Virus record (IMG/VR): IMGVR_UViG_3300044644_001125
Location: 83,623-147,622 of that record
DNA length: 64,000 bases
Direction: 5' to 3' (one strand)
From: a virus
Below the pieces are notes generated by a model. The model worked only from the letters and a program-made list of their open reading frames with translations, did no database searches and was not told the origin of the DNA. Position 1 is the stretch's first letter, and each line of letters starts with the position of its first letter. Both the position numbers and the translations under genes were made by a program. This document shows, in pieces, positions 1-9,088 of the stretch.

Positions 1-164
1 CCATCGGTTCTTCTACACATGGGTTGCCTCTATGTTGGATAGATAGTTGTGCCGTAGACTTCTACGGGTTCGAGTAGAATAGTATCATACTCGACTGTCA
101 CTGTCAATAAGGCGACCAGTACTATTATTGCGATTGATTGTAGTATAATTATAGTTCGCATTGC

Positions 165-374
165 TTATCTCTTGAACAGGTAATAACCGACAGCTAACAT
201 GACTAGGTATCCCGCGCCACCACTGCCAATGATTCCAGCAGTGCCAAAGATAAGCAATCCAACCATAACAAACCAGAAAGCAACCTTAATGAATAAGGTT
301 AGCACTGTTGCGAATATAGATAGCATTATCAATGCAAAAATGATAGTGGCGGCTAGTTCGGGTGCGTTTTCCAT
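165..374 (-). CDS. small membrane protein (hydrophobic, 2 predicted TM)
   Basis: 69-aa ORF. Upstream class-B leader TTACCCGCTGTG...TATACGCACATACGAGAGCAACCA-ATG at 375-420. Confidence 0.5.
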   Translation of the reverse strand: MENAPELAATIIFALIMLSIFATVLTLFIKVAFWFVMVGLLIFGTAGIIGSGGAGYLVMLAVGYYLFKR

Positions 375-466
375 TGGTTGCTCTCGTATGTGCGTATAGG
401 TGTGTTATGTCACAGCGGGTAAAGAGGCTAAAAGATGATTGAGTTATCTTTTAGCCTTGTTGATAT

Positions 467-769
467 TTACCCTTGTAGTTCTTCTAGGGTAACTCTGGTT
501 ACTCGTTCAATGATGAGTTGGTCTGGTGTAACCGCAGTGAGTTCGAGATACCAAGCGTCAAAATCTTCATCCTGTGTAAACGTTTTAACTGTTACTTCAT
601 CGGTATCTGAATCAAACTCGAATTCATCAACTAGGTGTGGGTATCCCTCGTGTTCTACTTTGATTTGAAAACCTGTGTTAAGGTTATAATACGTTACGGT
701 TTCTTGCCATTCTGCTTGATTGGCTGTTAATACGTTTACTGCTGTTAATGCGTCTAGGTATGCTTTCAT
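467..769 (-). CDS. hypothetical acidic protein
   Basis: 100-aa ORF. Class-A promoter/UTR cassette at 770-840 (ctccggtagtgctttgttaaggtgg, IR, ttgtcaa). Confidence 0.6.
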   Translation of the reverse strand: MKAYLDALTAVNVLTANQAEWQETVTYYNLNTGFQIKVEHEGYPHLVDEFEFDSDTDEVTVKTFTQDEDFDAWYLELTAVTPDQLIIERVTRVTLEELQG

Positions 770-839
770 CTTGTTTACTCCGGTAGTGCTTTGTTAAGGT
801 GGTGATAGTTTATTTGAAAACTATCACCGTGTCAAGTTG

Positions 840-1766
840 TTAGTGTAATATTTTTGAACCTTTGGTTCTGTTACATCTCCAACATAATGTTTGTAAGTTA
901 CTTTCTACAGTAAAACCGCCTTTCGATAATGGTATAATATGGTCGATTTCTAATAGTAGATTCTTTTCATCATTAGTTGATAGATTACACATTTGGCAAG
1001 TATGGCTATCTCTGTTCTTTATCTTAGTTCTAAGTGCCGATGTCATCAATGCGCGTTGTCCAGCGATACTCTTTTTGAATTTGATGTTATCATTCAAGTA
1101 AGCAATAAATCTGTTTAAGTTTGATATATCGAATTGAATGTCATTTTTCATAAAACTGTTACCACCAGCCGACACGTATTGAAACGAATAAACTGGAAAA
1201 TACAACTCGCTCAAGTCAACATAATTCAAACCCAACTTCTGTTTCAACAATTCTGAATCAAAACGCATAATCAATGGTGGTATGCAATTTGATATACTTG
1301 CAATAATCTCATCTCTTTCAGTGGTTAGTAATCTTTTACCCTCTTGAACCGACCCGTAATCATTTAACATACTTTCAAAGTTCGATAATGCGTCTTCATC
1401 AATTCCAATATTGAAATACTTACACAGGTACTTGAATGGTTGATTGTTTGAGTTTTTCAGCACAGAAGACGAACAGCGATGAACAAATGTATTACTTTTT
1501 CTGATATTTGCCCAGTTTGGTCTTTTGAAATTATAATTGCTACTATCACGCAACGTACTTACACCCATATTGTTAGCTGGTATATGAACGTGAGATTGTT
1601 TTAACTTCTCTATGTACTCGTTTAATTCGTTGCAATTGTTAACATGATAATATACGGTATCGCGTATATTCAAGAAAATCTGACTTTTAAAATATCTATT
1701 TCTATATACTACATATACAATCCACATCACACATAACAATCCAATCACAGCAATTGCCAATTTCAT
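840..1766 (-). CDS. HNH endonuclease with N-terminal transmembrane anchor
   Basis: C-terminal EIDHIIPLSKGG...NLQTLCWRCNRTKG HNH motif. N-terminal hydrophobic helix. Class-A cassette at 1767-1846. Confidence 0.7.
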   Translation of the reverse strand: MKLAIAVIGLLCVMWIVYVVYRNRYFKSQIFLNIRDTVYYHVNNCNELNEYIEKLKQSHVHIPANNMGVSTLRDSSNYNFKRPNWANIRKSNTFVHRCSSSVLKNSNNQPFKYLCKYFNIGIDEDALSNFESMLNDYGSVQEGKRLLTTERDEIIASISNCIPPLIMRFDSELLKQKLGLNYVDLSELYFPVYSFQYVSAGGNSFMKNDIQFDISNLNRFIAYLNDNIKFKKSIAGQRALMTSALRTKIKNRDSHTCQMCNLSTNDEKNLLLEIDHIIPLSKGGFTVESNLQTLCWRCNRTKGSKILH

Positions 1767-1839
1767 CTTGTTTACTCCGTAGTGCTTTGTTAAGGTGGGT
1801 ACATTATAGTTGCAATGTACCCAGTTGTCAAGTTATCTT

Positions 1840-2166
1840 TTAGATGAGTTCACCATCTTCGTCAAATTCTGAATCAAAGTCAACGACTTTGTATTCGTCA
1901 TCTGCTGGTATTTCAGTAACAACATAGTTCAAACGGTCACAGTAATGCCAACCACTTAAGATTGGGTTGTTGCCATAGCACATAATTGTCCAAACACGTT
2001 TAGGGTCTGTTACTTTCATCTGGTTGATATATTCTTCTTCCTCACCGTATGTTTCGTATGAGATGCCACCAAAGCTCGCAAATTCTACATCTTCATCTTC
2101 TGGTAAGAAGTGGTTGATTTGTGGTTTGAATTGTTCTTCGAATTGTTCCCAAGATATTGTTTTCAT
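1840..2166 (-). CDS. hypothetical protein
   Basis: 108-aa ORF. Stop codon embedded in CTAAAAGATAA motif. Class-A cassette upstream at 2167-2247. Confidence 0.6.
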   Translation of the reverse strand: MKTISWEQFEEQFKPQINHFLPEDEDVEFASFGGISYETYGEEEEYINQMKVTDPKRVWTIMCYGNNPILSGWHYCDRLNYVVTEIPADDEYKVVDFDSEFDEDGELI

Positions 2167-2247
2167 GTTTTGTTACTCCGTAGTGCTTTGTTAAGGTGGG
2201 TACAGTATAGTTGTTCTGTACCCAGTTGTCAACGATTATCTTTTAGG
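2167..2247 (-). promoter_or_regulatory. class-A early promoter/5'UTR cassette (representative copy)
   Basis: Gene orientation: CTAAAAGATAAT-cg-TTGACA-17nt(IR GGGTACAG..CTGTACCC)-TATACT-CCACCTTAACAAAGCACTACGGAGTAACAAAAC-ATG. Perfect sigma70 spacing. GGAG SD 9 nt before ATG. Confidence 0.7.
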
Positions 2248-2562
2248 TTATAGTTCTAGTATGAGTTCGTTATTATCGTACTTAGACTTCCAAACCAGTT
2301 TTGCGGTGTACATATTAACGTCTAGTTCTGGTTCAAGCCATGTTAGTTCACTGTTTGACATATCGAATACATCGTCAACTTCTTCCGATGCAAGGAAAGT
2401 TCCAGTGGGAATGATCGACCAATAAGTAACTTGGTTGATGTCATTACTTGATATAATCTCACGACCTTTCTCGATTTTTTCATTAAGAAAGTCTAAGTTG
2501 CCATAGTAAAACAACGGTGTGTCTGAGTATTCTTCGGTGGTTGAAAGTTCGTATAGTTTCAT
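2248..2562 (-). CDS. hypothetical protein
   Basis: 104-aa ORF. Variant leader AGAGGCACTACAATG and CTAAAAGATAAC-TTGACA upstream. Confidence 0.55.
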   Translation of the reverse strand: MKLYELSTTEEYSDTPLFYYGNLDFLNEKIEKGREIISSNDINQVTYWSIIPTGTFLASEEVDDVFDMSNSELTWLEPELDVNMYTAKLVWKSKYDNNELILEL

Positions 2563-2619
2563 TGTAGTGCCTCGTTGTTGTTTAAAGTGGGTGTATTCTA
2601 AAAGATAACTGCTTTACTG

Positions 2620-2967
2620 TCAAGTGTTATATACTAATGGAATTGGTCTAATACCTAGTTGTTTTCTCATTAGAATCGCAATATCTTCTGTTTTTCTTAC
2701 AAGCACTTTACCCTTTTTATTAAGAAGATTCGTTGATGCAACAATTCTGTTGTTGACTACATAAAACGTGTTTATTTTATGCTCGGTGCGTGCATGAATA
2801 TTGAATGCTATTATCTCGTACCCAGCATCTATTTTGTAAGCGTACACACTAGGTGGGCATACCAGTTCTTTTGTCAAAAGTCCAGTAGCAACTCTTTTAT
2901 CTAGTATTGCTATAATTCTGCTTGATTCTTTCTTTAACCATCTTTGTTTAATTTTACCTTTTTTCAT
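2620..2967 (-). CDS. hypothetical basic protein
   Basis: 115-aa ORF with class-A cassette upstream. Confidence 0.55.
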   Translation of the reverse strand: MKKGKIKQRWLKKESSRIIAILDKRVATGLLTKELVCPPSVYAYKIDAGYEIIAFNIHARTEHKINTFYVVNNRIVASTNLLNKKGKVLVRKTEDIAILMRKQLGIRPIPLVYNT

Positions 2968-3057
2968 CTTGTTTACTCCGTAGTGCTTTGTTAAGGTGGG
3001 TATATTCTAAAAGATAACTGCCTCAAAGTCAACAGTTATCTTTTAGGTTAATCTAGG

Positions 3058-3357
3058 TTAAATGTGATAGAATTCTTTAGCCTCTTGGATAATTGCATCG
3101 ATGTCCACTTGGCTATGTTGGGTTTCTACTACTTTAGAAGTGGTACGTTTATGTTTAACATAGCGTAAGGTTTTGAAGAAGTCTTGGTACATTGCGTGTG
3201 ATACAAAGTTACCTTCTACTCTGCCTACCGATGCGCAGGTGTGTAACGCTCCATCTGACGCTTTACTTGTTCTGATACTAAGTTGAAGTTTACCGTTAAG
3301 CATGGTTACTGTTTCTGCTCTCCATGCGTTGCCATATTTATTGATTAGTGTTTGCAT
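3058..3357 (-). CDS. hypothetical protein
   Basis: 99-aa ORF with cassette variant (IR GCGAGTAGT..ACTACTCGC) upstream. Confidence 0.55.
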   Translation of the reverse strand: MQTLINKYGNAWRAETVTMLNGKLQLSIRTSKASDGALHTCASVGRVEGNFVSHAMYQDFFKTLRYVKHKRTTSKVVETQHSQVDIDAIIQEAKEFYHI

Positions 3358-3426
3358 TGCTGTTTTCCTGTAGTGCTTTGTTAAGGTGCGAGTAGTATAT
3401 AACTACTCGCTTTATATGTCAACAGT

Positions 3427-3624
3427 TTATCTCAAATGTTCTTCTAGTAATTTCAACTGTTTTTTAGATAGGTTAAGTTCAGCTAATACGTTTCTAAAAG
3501 ATGATGTAAGATAACCTGTAACAAAGGCATAGTTCACCTCTCCTTTGTTAAAATCTGCCGATGCTTGTTCTGCTGTTGTTTTCATATGGTCGATTACTGT
3601 TTCTAATAGGATTGGGTTTGTCAT
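3427..3624 (-). CDS. hypothetical protein
   Basis: 65-aa ORF with class-A cassette upstream. Confidence 0.5.
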   Translation of the reverse strand: MTNPILLETVIDHMKTTAEQASADFNKGEVNYAFVTGYLTSSFRNVLAELNLSKKQLKLLEEHLR

Positions 3625-3699
3625 CGTCTTTACTCCGGTAGTGCTTGTTAAGGTGGGTACAGTATAGTTGTTCTGTACCCATTTGTCAACAGTTATCTT

Positions 3700-4284
3700 T
3701 TAGTCTTCGAGTTCTTCTTCGCGTTCCCATTCTGCCATGTTTTCATATATAGCAAATGCCTCGTTAATGGCTTGTGGTATATGCTTTTTAACCCATGCAC
3801 TATCACCATCAATGCTATATTCATCAACGTCTGTGTATTCTTCATTGCCTTCGTAATAACCACAGAATGCGCAACCACCCTCATAGAAGTAAGCCTCGAT
3901 TTCAAATCCCAATGCGGCTAATGCGTTATAACCTTCTACTGGTGGACTCCATGCACTATCGAAATCTAATGTTAATGTATCGCCTTCTAGTGTGCTTTCT
4001 GTATCAGTTCCGCCAATATCCCACTTCGTACCCCATTTGGCATTGGCAAACTCGTACCAATCAACGTATCCGTATTTTTCTTTATTTGCTTTTTGCTTTG
4101 CCTCTAATTCGAGTTGTTGCTCTGTACCCTCACCATAGAATCCACTGGTTGTGTTTCTTAGTTCTTCTGGGATTGGTATAAACTCGTTAAGTAGTTTGCC
4201 ATTGTCAAACGCCTCTTGAGCGCGGACAAGCATTGCAGGGTCTTTGTGTTTTAAAGTTGCTTTGTTATTGCACCAGTTTGGCAT
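3700..4284 (-). CDS. MPNWC-start family protein (DUF1281-like); paralog of 46206-46769
   Basis: Starts MPNWCNNKATLKH. Shares IPIPxEL and Trp-rich core with 46206-46769. Cassette upstream. Confidence 0.6.
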   Translation of the reverse strand: MPNWCNNKATLKHKDPAMLVRAQEAFDNGKLLNEFIPIPEELRNTTSGFYGEGTEQQLELEAKQKANKEKYGYVDWYEFANAKWGTKWDIGGTDTESTLEGDTLTLDFDSAWSPPVEGYNALAALGFEIEAYFYEGGCAFCGYYEGNEEYTDVDEYSIDGDSAWVKKHIPQAINEAFAIYENMAEWEREEELED

Positions 4285-4369
4285 GGTCGTATCCTCGTTG
4301 TAGTGTTTAATGTAGTGCCTTGTTTCAAGGTGGTGATAGTATATTCTTTTATCACCACCTTGTCAATCT

Positions 4370-4780
4370 TTATTTTGCTAATAATCCAATAACTACTGGT
4401 GTTAATTCTTTTACATCATAGCCGTTGCAATACCACCATTGTTTGCCTTGTAGCAGGTAGAAGTATTCGCCACCCTTACGGAATCTAAGCCATTCTTCTA
4501 CATTGGCATGGTTACGACTTTCAATACCAGTTTCGCCTCTATCACGTCCATAGAACGTGGTGCTTTTGACTTTAGTAGCACGGTCAAAGTTGTGTTTATG
4601 ACCTACAAAATCTTTCAGTGAACTAACGTCACCGTTGGCTAGTAGTTGGACTGTTTTTCTTTTGTTGTAGTGTTCTGCTAAGGTTTGTCCTACGCCTTCT
4701 AGGTAGCCGTCCCAGTGGCAGTAAATTGATTGAATTGTTCCGTTTGGTAATACCATTGCGATTGTGCTTCTTGTTGCCAT
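4370..4780 (-). CDS. hypothetical protein; paralog of 56498-56941
   Basis: Shared TTFYGRD(R/L)G(E/D)T and YCHWDG/YVHQNG motifs. Cassette upstream. Confidence 0.6.
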   Translation of the reverse strand: MATRSTIAMVLPNGTIQSIYCHWDGYLEGVGQTLAEHYNKRKTVQLLANGDVSSLKDFVGHKHNFDRATKVKSTTFYGRDRGETGIESRNHANVEEWLRFRKGGEYFYLLQGKQWWYCNGYDVKELTPVVIGLLAK

Positions 4781-4851
4781 TGTCTTTACTCCGTAGTGCT
4801 TTGTTAAGGTGGGTATATTCTAAAAGATAATACCCACCGTGTCAATACTTT

Positions 4852-5787
4852 TTATTCAATAATGCTATCAACCCATCGCGCAAAAGCATTTATTGGGTGT
4901 TCAAAGTCGGGTGGGATATACCAGAATGATCCTTGTGGTTCCCATCGTGCTCCTAATACCTTCACCATATCTTTTTCACTATATGGAACTTTAAGTTTTA
5001 TCGTCATGCCATTAGTGTATATTAGTTGGTGCTTTGCTAATATACTATCATCACAATTTCCGGTAATATCTGAATTATTAACGGTCTCAAAGAATTTACT
5101 ATGTTTAAACTGCAATTTAATCATGGTTAATCGTAGATCATTCAGTTCTAATTGTTGTTTATCTATATCTGCCTGTAGCTTTTCCAATCGTGTTTTACGC
5201 CGGTGCATCTCTAGTTGACGCATGTTAATGGATTTAAAATACAATTGAATCAAAAATTCTTTCATATCAACCGATGATTTAAAACCAACTCTATAATGTT
5301 GACCAGCATATTCTAACTCATTGAATTCGCCTACGTCTTTACATTCTACTACTCGATAGCTAACAATTTCAGAATACGCCCATCTTGGCAATGATGATTT
5401 GTCGGTGGTGTTAGCAATCCACAATATGTTTCGATAAGCAGTTGTCCGTGATTCCACGTCCTCATCAGATATAGACGACTGTTGCAATTCAACCACCAAG
5501 TAACCATCAGGAAGTCTTGGGTCTCTGATACAAATATCAGCAATGTTATTTGGCCACAATGGGTCTCTAACTTCCACTTCTGATACATCTAGCATATTTT
5601 GCCATTTATAGTGCCATTCGCCTTTTCCCTTGGCATATGCACACGAATTCGCAGAATGCGCCCAATGCCATGTCTTAATCATTCCGGTTTTAGCGATTAC
5701 TACTTCATTACAGCATTGGCAAAGTGCTTTTCTAATTTCCTTATCTGGTCTTACACGGTACCCTTCTTCAGTCACTGCTATATACAT
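4852..5787 (-). CDS. Cys-rich zinc-ribbon N-domain (CoiA-like CxxC..WHWAH..EWHYKWQ) with C-terminal KxLGAxW..WYIP module
   Basis: 311-aa ORF. Motifs read by eye. C-terminal 45 aa similar to N-terminus of 21254-21745. Non-cassette promoter, AGGA SD. Confidence 0.55.
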   Translation of the reverse strand: MYIAVTEEGYRVRPDKEIRKALCQCCNEVVIAKTGMIKTWHWAHSANSCAYAKGKGEWHYKWQNMLDVSEVEVRDPLWPNNIADICIRDPRLPDGYLVVELQQSSISDEDVESRTTAYRNILWIANTTDKSSLPRWAYSEIVSYRVVECKDVGEFNELEYAGQHYRVGFKSSVDMKEFLIQLYFKSINMRQLEMHRRKTRLEKLQADIDKQQLELNDLRLTMIKLQFKHSKFFETVNNSDITGNCDDSILAKHQLIYTNGMTIKLKVPYSEKDMVKVLGARWEPQGSFWYIPPDFEHPINAFARWVDSIIE

Positions 5788-5861
5788 GATTATTCCTCGT
5801 AACTAAAATCAATTATTATACGACATTATCTTTTAGTTTTTACCCATTGTCAATACCCTAG

Positions 5862-5891
5862 ACAAAAAAATGCCCAGCTACAAGAACTGGG
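5862..5891 (-). terminator. rho-independent terminator downstream of tRNA unit
   Basis: Minus strand CCCAG-9nt-CTGGG followed by CAUUUUUUUGUC. Confidence 0.6.
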
Positions 5892-5911
5892 CGAGGTGAG
5901 TGTACATCAGG

Positions 5912-6025
5912 TGCTAATATCAGGCACTACTCCGATACTAGCCTCCTTTGGGTGGTAGATCCGCAAGGCACTACTCCTGCAAATCTATCTGGGTTGCCAA
6001 TACAAGGCACTACTCCTGCATTGAC
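5912..6025. repeat. three direct copies of a GGCACTACTCC(T/G) core
   Basis: caggcactactccgata, caaggcactactcctgca x2, lying between terminator and tRNA. The core resembles the conserved leader GCACTACGGAG. Confidence 0.4.
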
Positions 6026-6233
6026 GGGTACTACCTTAACACAACGAATTGTCTGTTTCATGTCTATTCTCCTAAGAGTAAAACTGTTTGATTACTTTCT
6101 TTGACTGGGTTCTATTCAACGCAATGCCAGTGGATAGAAAGTATCTTATATAATCTTCAACGAATTGTTCACGTTTTGCTTGTCTAATTTGTAATTTGCT
6201 TTTTGCTTTCATTGTCTTTACCTTTATGTTTGT

Positions 6234-6309
6234 TGGTGCCATTACAGGGATTCGAACCCCGATCTTACGCATTATGAGTACGCGGCATTAACCGTTATGC
6301 TATAATGGC
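6234..6309 (-). tRNA. tRNA-Met (anticodon CAU; could be elongator Met or Ile2 if lysidinylated), CCA encoded
   Basis: Manual cloverleaf: acceptor GCCATTA/TAATGGC; D stem GCAT/ATGC; anticodon loop CTCATAA; T arm CGGGG-TTCGAAT-CCCTG; discriminator A; CCA end. Confidence 0.8.
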
Positions 6310-6386
6310 ATTTGTATATTCTAAAAGATAATTGAATCATTGTCAAGCATTATCTTTTAGGGTTGCCGTCCTTGGCAGTGAGTGTT

Positions 6387-6632
6387 TTATTGGTTTGTTA
6401 ATTGTTCATCTAATGCACGTTTTGCAATTACTGCCCATAAGTAAGGGTGGCTAAATTCAGTATCATTCAATGCTTGTTCAACACGTTCATTGTCATCAGC
6501 ATTCAAAGGTATTTCCAATTCAGTTACAGTTTCATCAATGAATGCTAGATACTCTGTGCCTCTAACATGACTGATAAGGTCAAATATTCTTTCTACTGCA
6601 TTTTCTGTTAATGTTATTGTATAGGTTTTCAT
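6387..6632 (-). CDS. hypothetical protein
   Basis: 81-aa ORF. AGAGGCACTACAT-ATG leader variant and CTAAAAGATAAT upstream. Confidence 0.55.
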   Translation of the reverse strand: MKTYTITLTENAVERIFDLISHVRGTEYLAFIDETVTELEIPLNADDNERVEQALNDTEFSHPYLWAVIAKRALDEQLTNQ

Positions 6633-6703
6633 ATGTAGTGCCTCTTTGTTTTATTAATGTGGTGATAGTCTAAAAGATAATCACCACATTGTCAAGTTAT
6701 ATA

Positions 6704-7087
6704 TTAAGCCGCTAATGCGTATGCTTTGTTCCACTGTCCGATATTGATGTCAACATAAAAGCCTCTATCGTGATAATCTGACATAATGTCCGAATTATCA
6801 TAGTTGCCTTCATTCATGATTTCAAGTGCTTTAGTCAAGAACTCGTGTGCAACACCTTTGTTAAACTGGTCGTCTAACCAATAAGGATTGACTTGTATAT
6901 AATCTTTGCTGTAGTTACTGTCTACTTCTTTTAACGCGCCATAGAAGTCGATTTTACCACCTTGTATATTAAGAACGATGGTGTAGCAATGTTTACGCGC
7001 CACAGTTGCTTTGATACCGTATTCTTTTGCTAATGCTCTTAATCTTACTGCTTTCAACTCTTTTTGTTCTTTACTAATGTATGGCAT
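6704..7087 (-). CDS. hypothetical protein
   Basis: 127-aa ORF with class-A cassette. Confidence 0.55.
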   Translation of the reverse strand: MPYISKEQKELKAVRLRALAKEYGIKATVARKHCYTIVLNIQGGKIDFYGALKEVDSNYSKDYIQVNPYWLDDQFNKGVAHEFLTKALEIMNEGNYDNSDIMSDYHDRGFYVDINIGQWNKAYALAA

Positions 7088-7162
7088 GATTTTTACTCCG
7101 TAGTGCTTTGTTAAGGTGGGTACATTCTAGTTTAAAATGCACCCAAAGTCAAGCATTATCTT

Positions 7163-7483
7163 TTAGATATATTCACGTCCTGTTTCTTCAATCAACGCAG
7201 GTGTGAACCAATCACGGTATCTGGTGGCATTCTCACGACCAGCACCCCAGCCAAAATCTTCTACCCAGTATAACTGTTCACCATCAAACTCATCTATCTT
7301 ACCTAAGATAACAAACTGTTTACCAAATACGTCATCATCACTAAAGCCTTGATTGGCTACTGCATCATCTTGAATGAAGTCTAAGAAGTGTGCCAAACCC
7401 ATTGCGTGGTCTGAACCATTGTTCAGTAACCATTCTTTTTGTTCTCTAAGTAACGCCCAGTCTATGTTTTTAAGTGTAATCAT
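7163..7483 (-). CDS. hypothetical protein
   Basis: 106-aa ORF with class-A cassette. Confidence 0.55.
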   Translation of the reverse strand: MITLKNIDWALLREQKEWLLNNGSDHAMGLAHFLDFIQDDAVANQGFSDDDVFGKQFVILGKIDEFDGEQLYWVEDFGWGAGRENATRYRDWFTPALIEETGREYI

Positions 7484-7550
7484 TTTCTATTCTCCGTAGT
7501 GCTTTGTTAAAGTGGCTCTAGTATCTCATATAAGAACCACCTTGTCAACT

Positions 7551-7726
7551 TTAATATTCTTCGTGTGTGATAATTCTTTCTACATCGTCTGGGACTGTTT
7601 CAATCGTATAATCTAAGATTTCTTCATCACCAGTCAATCTTTCGTTGATTTCTTCGGGTAACCAGTAGTCTAGTTTGTGGTCATCGTTTACTGTCAATAA
7701 GAATGTTACTTTTACTGTTTTCATTT
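7551..7726 (-). CDS. hypothetical small protein (start moved to internal ATG)
   Basis: AGAGGCACTACAAATG leader directly precedes ATG at 7724-7726. The longer ORF to 7808 would overlap the neighbouring gene. Confidence 0.4.
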
Positions 7727-7737
7727 GTAGTGCCTCT

Positions 7738-7941
7738 TTAGATTGTTTGATATATTTCTCGCTGTACTGTTTCTTCGTATGCGTCTGCGCAGTCCTCTTG
7801 ATTTGCATCGCATTCGCTACACGCTAATTGTGATTTCGGTCTGACGTAATTGTCATTGCATTCACATTCCCAATAAGAATGGTTTAGCGTAATCAAACCG
7901 TAGTTTTCAATCACATCACCTTGTGCGTTTGTGTCTAACAT
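7738..7941 (-). CDS. Cys-rich small protein (zinc-ribbon-like CxC..CxxC)
   Basis: 67-aa ORF with WECECNDN...CSEC. Class-A cassette upstream. Confidence 0.55.
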   Translation of the reverse strand: MLDTNAQGDVIENYGLITLNHSYWECECNDNYVRPKSQLACSECDANQEDCADAYEETVQREIYQTI

Positions 7942-8016
7942 GGTTATTGCTCCGTAGTGCTTTGTTGAGGTGGGTACATTCTAAAAGATGATGTACCCAA
8001 AGTCAAGCATTATCTT

Positions 8017-8241
8017 TTAGTCAAACGCTTTGACTATTGAATCAATAAGATTGTCCATATATTCCACCACTTCACTGATAGTATCATCTTCAAATTTTTC
8101 CCATATCGTAGCATAATCAATACAGTCAAAACTATCTGCTAATTCATTTGATAACATTTCATACGTTTTAACGGCATCATTATCATATTCAGATAAGAAT
8201 GTGTTAATTGCGATTTCAATTGCTTTTTCTTTTGTAGTCAT
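8017..8241 (-). CDS. hypothetical acidic protein
   Basis: 74-aa ORF with cassette. Confidence 0.55.
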   Translation of the reverse strand: MTTKEKAIEIAINTFLSEYDNDAVKTYEMLSNELADSFDCIDYATIWEKFEDDTISEVVEYMDNLIDSIVKAFD

Positions 8242-8316
8242 GTCTATTACTCCGTAGTGCTTTGTTAAGGTGCGAGTAGTTTAATCTATCTCACACCAGT
8301 TGTCAACTATTATCTT

Positions 8317-8517
8317 TTAGTTTGCGGTTAACAAATCTAAAAATTCTTGGTATGGAATCATTACTTCAAATCCCATGTTGTTATCATAAACTACCCATGT
8401 TGAATTTTTAGATGACAGGCTTATGAACTTAATGAGTGCCGTGTTTAGTATTACTAATGTTTCATGCGTTGCAGTTGAACCGCGTAGTTTTTCTGTTTTA
8501 GTTGCTTTAATGAACAT
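8317..8517 (-). CDS. hypothetical protein
   Basis: 66-aa ORF with cassette. Confidence 0.5.
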   Translation of the reverse strand: MFIKATKTEKLRGSTATHETLVILNTALIKFISLSSKNSTWVVYDNNMGFEVMIPYQEFLDLLTAN

Positions 8518-8587
8518 GGTCTTTACTCCGTAGTGCTTTGTTAAGGTGCGAGTAGTATATTACTACTCGCTTTAGTTGTCAACTGTT

Positions 8588-9088
8588 TTATATAATCATT
8601 GTTTTTGGTATTCTGTAAACAATACCACTTGCAACACCTAATAGCGGTTTAACGCTTACCACTTTCACTACTGCGACATATGAATTCCTCAACTGGATAA
8701 TGTCACCAATCATCAAGTTAGCGGCACGTTTGCGTGTTTTACTAGCATTTTCGTGAAACTTAACTACATTATCGCGCCATTCTTGGCAAGTAACTGTTGC
8801 CTCTTTTAAAAACTTTAGTGGGCAGTTATATTGATAAGGGTGCATACTTTCACACATATCTTTGTAACCATAGCCTTTATCGTTTTTAAAGTATTCAAGT
8901 CTGAATAGCAGAATAACCTTTTGACCTAACACATTGTTAGGATTATAATCAACGTCTTTTTGTGATACTGTGTACAAACCCCATAGGTTATTGCCAACCA
9001 ACGACCATTGAGTTATTGCATCATTGTCTAATTTAATTTGTCTAACTAATGCTTGTTTGCCAGTGTTGCTATAAGATAACCAACCCAT
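8588..9088 (-). CDS. hypothetical protein
   Basis: 166-aa ORF with class-A cassette at 9089-9160. Confidence 0.6.
   Translation of the reverse strand: MGWLSYSNTGKQALVRQIKLDNDAITQWSLVGNNLWGLYTVSQKDVDYNPNNVLGQKVILLFRLEYFKNDKGYGYKDMCESMHPYQYNCPLKFLKEATVTCQEWRDNVVKFHENASKTRKRAANLMIGDIIQLRNSYVAVVKVVSVKPLLGVASGIVYRIPKTMII

Noticed and set aside
199-399. Plus-strand ORFs lying antisense inside minus-strand genes (for example 199-399, 3795-4181, 4862-5218, 10056-10292, 19141-19401, 46564-46761, 57042-57371, 57368-57667, 60385-60630)
   Set aside because: They overlap well-supported minus-strand genes that carry promoter cassettes and SD sites. They have no SD or promoter of their own and low-complexity composition.
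6072-6272. 66-aa ORF overlapping the tRNA
   Set aside because: It overlaps the tRNA-Met gene on the same strand and has no translation signals.
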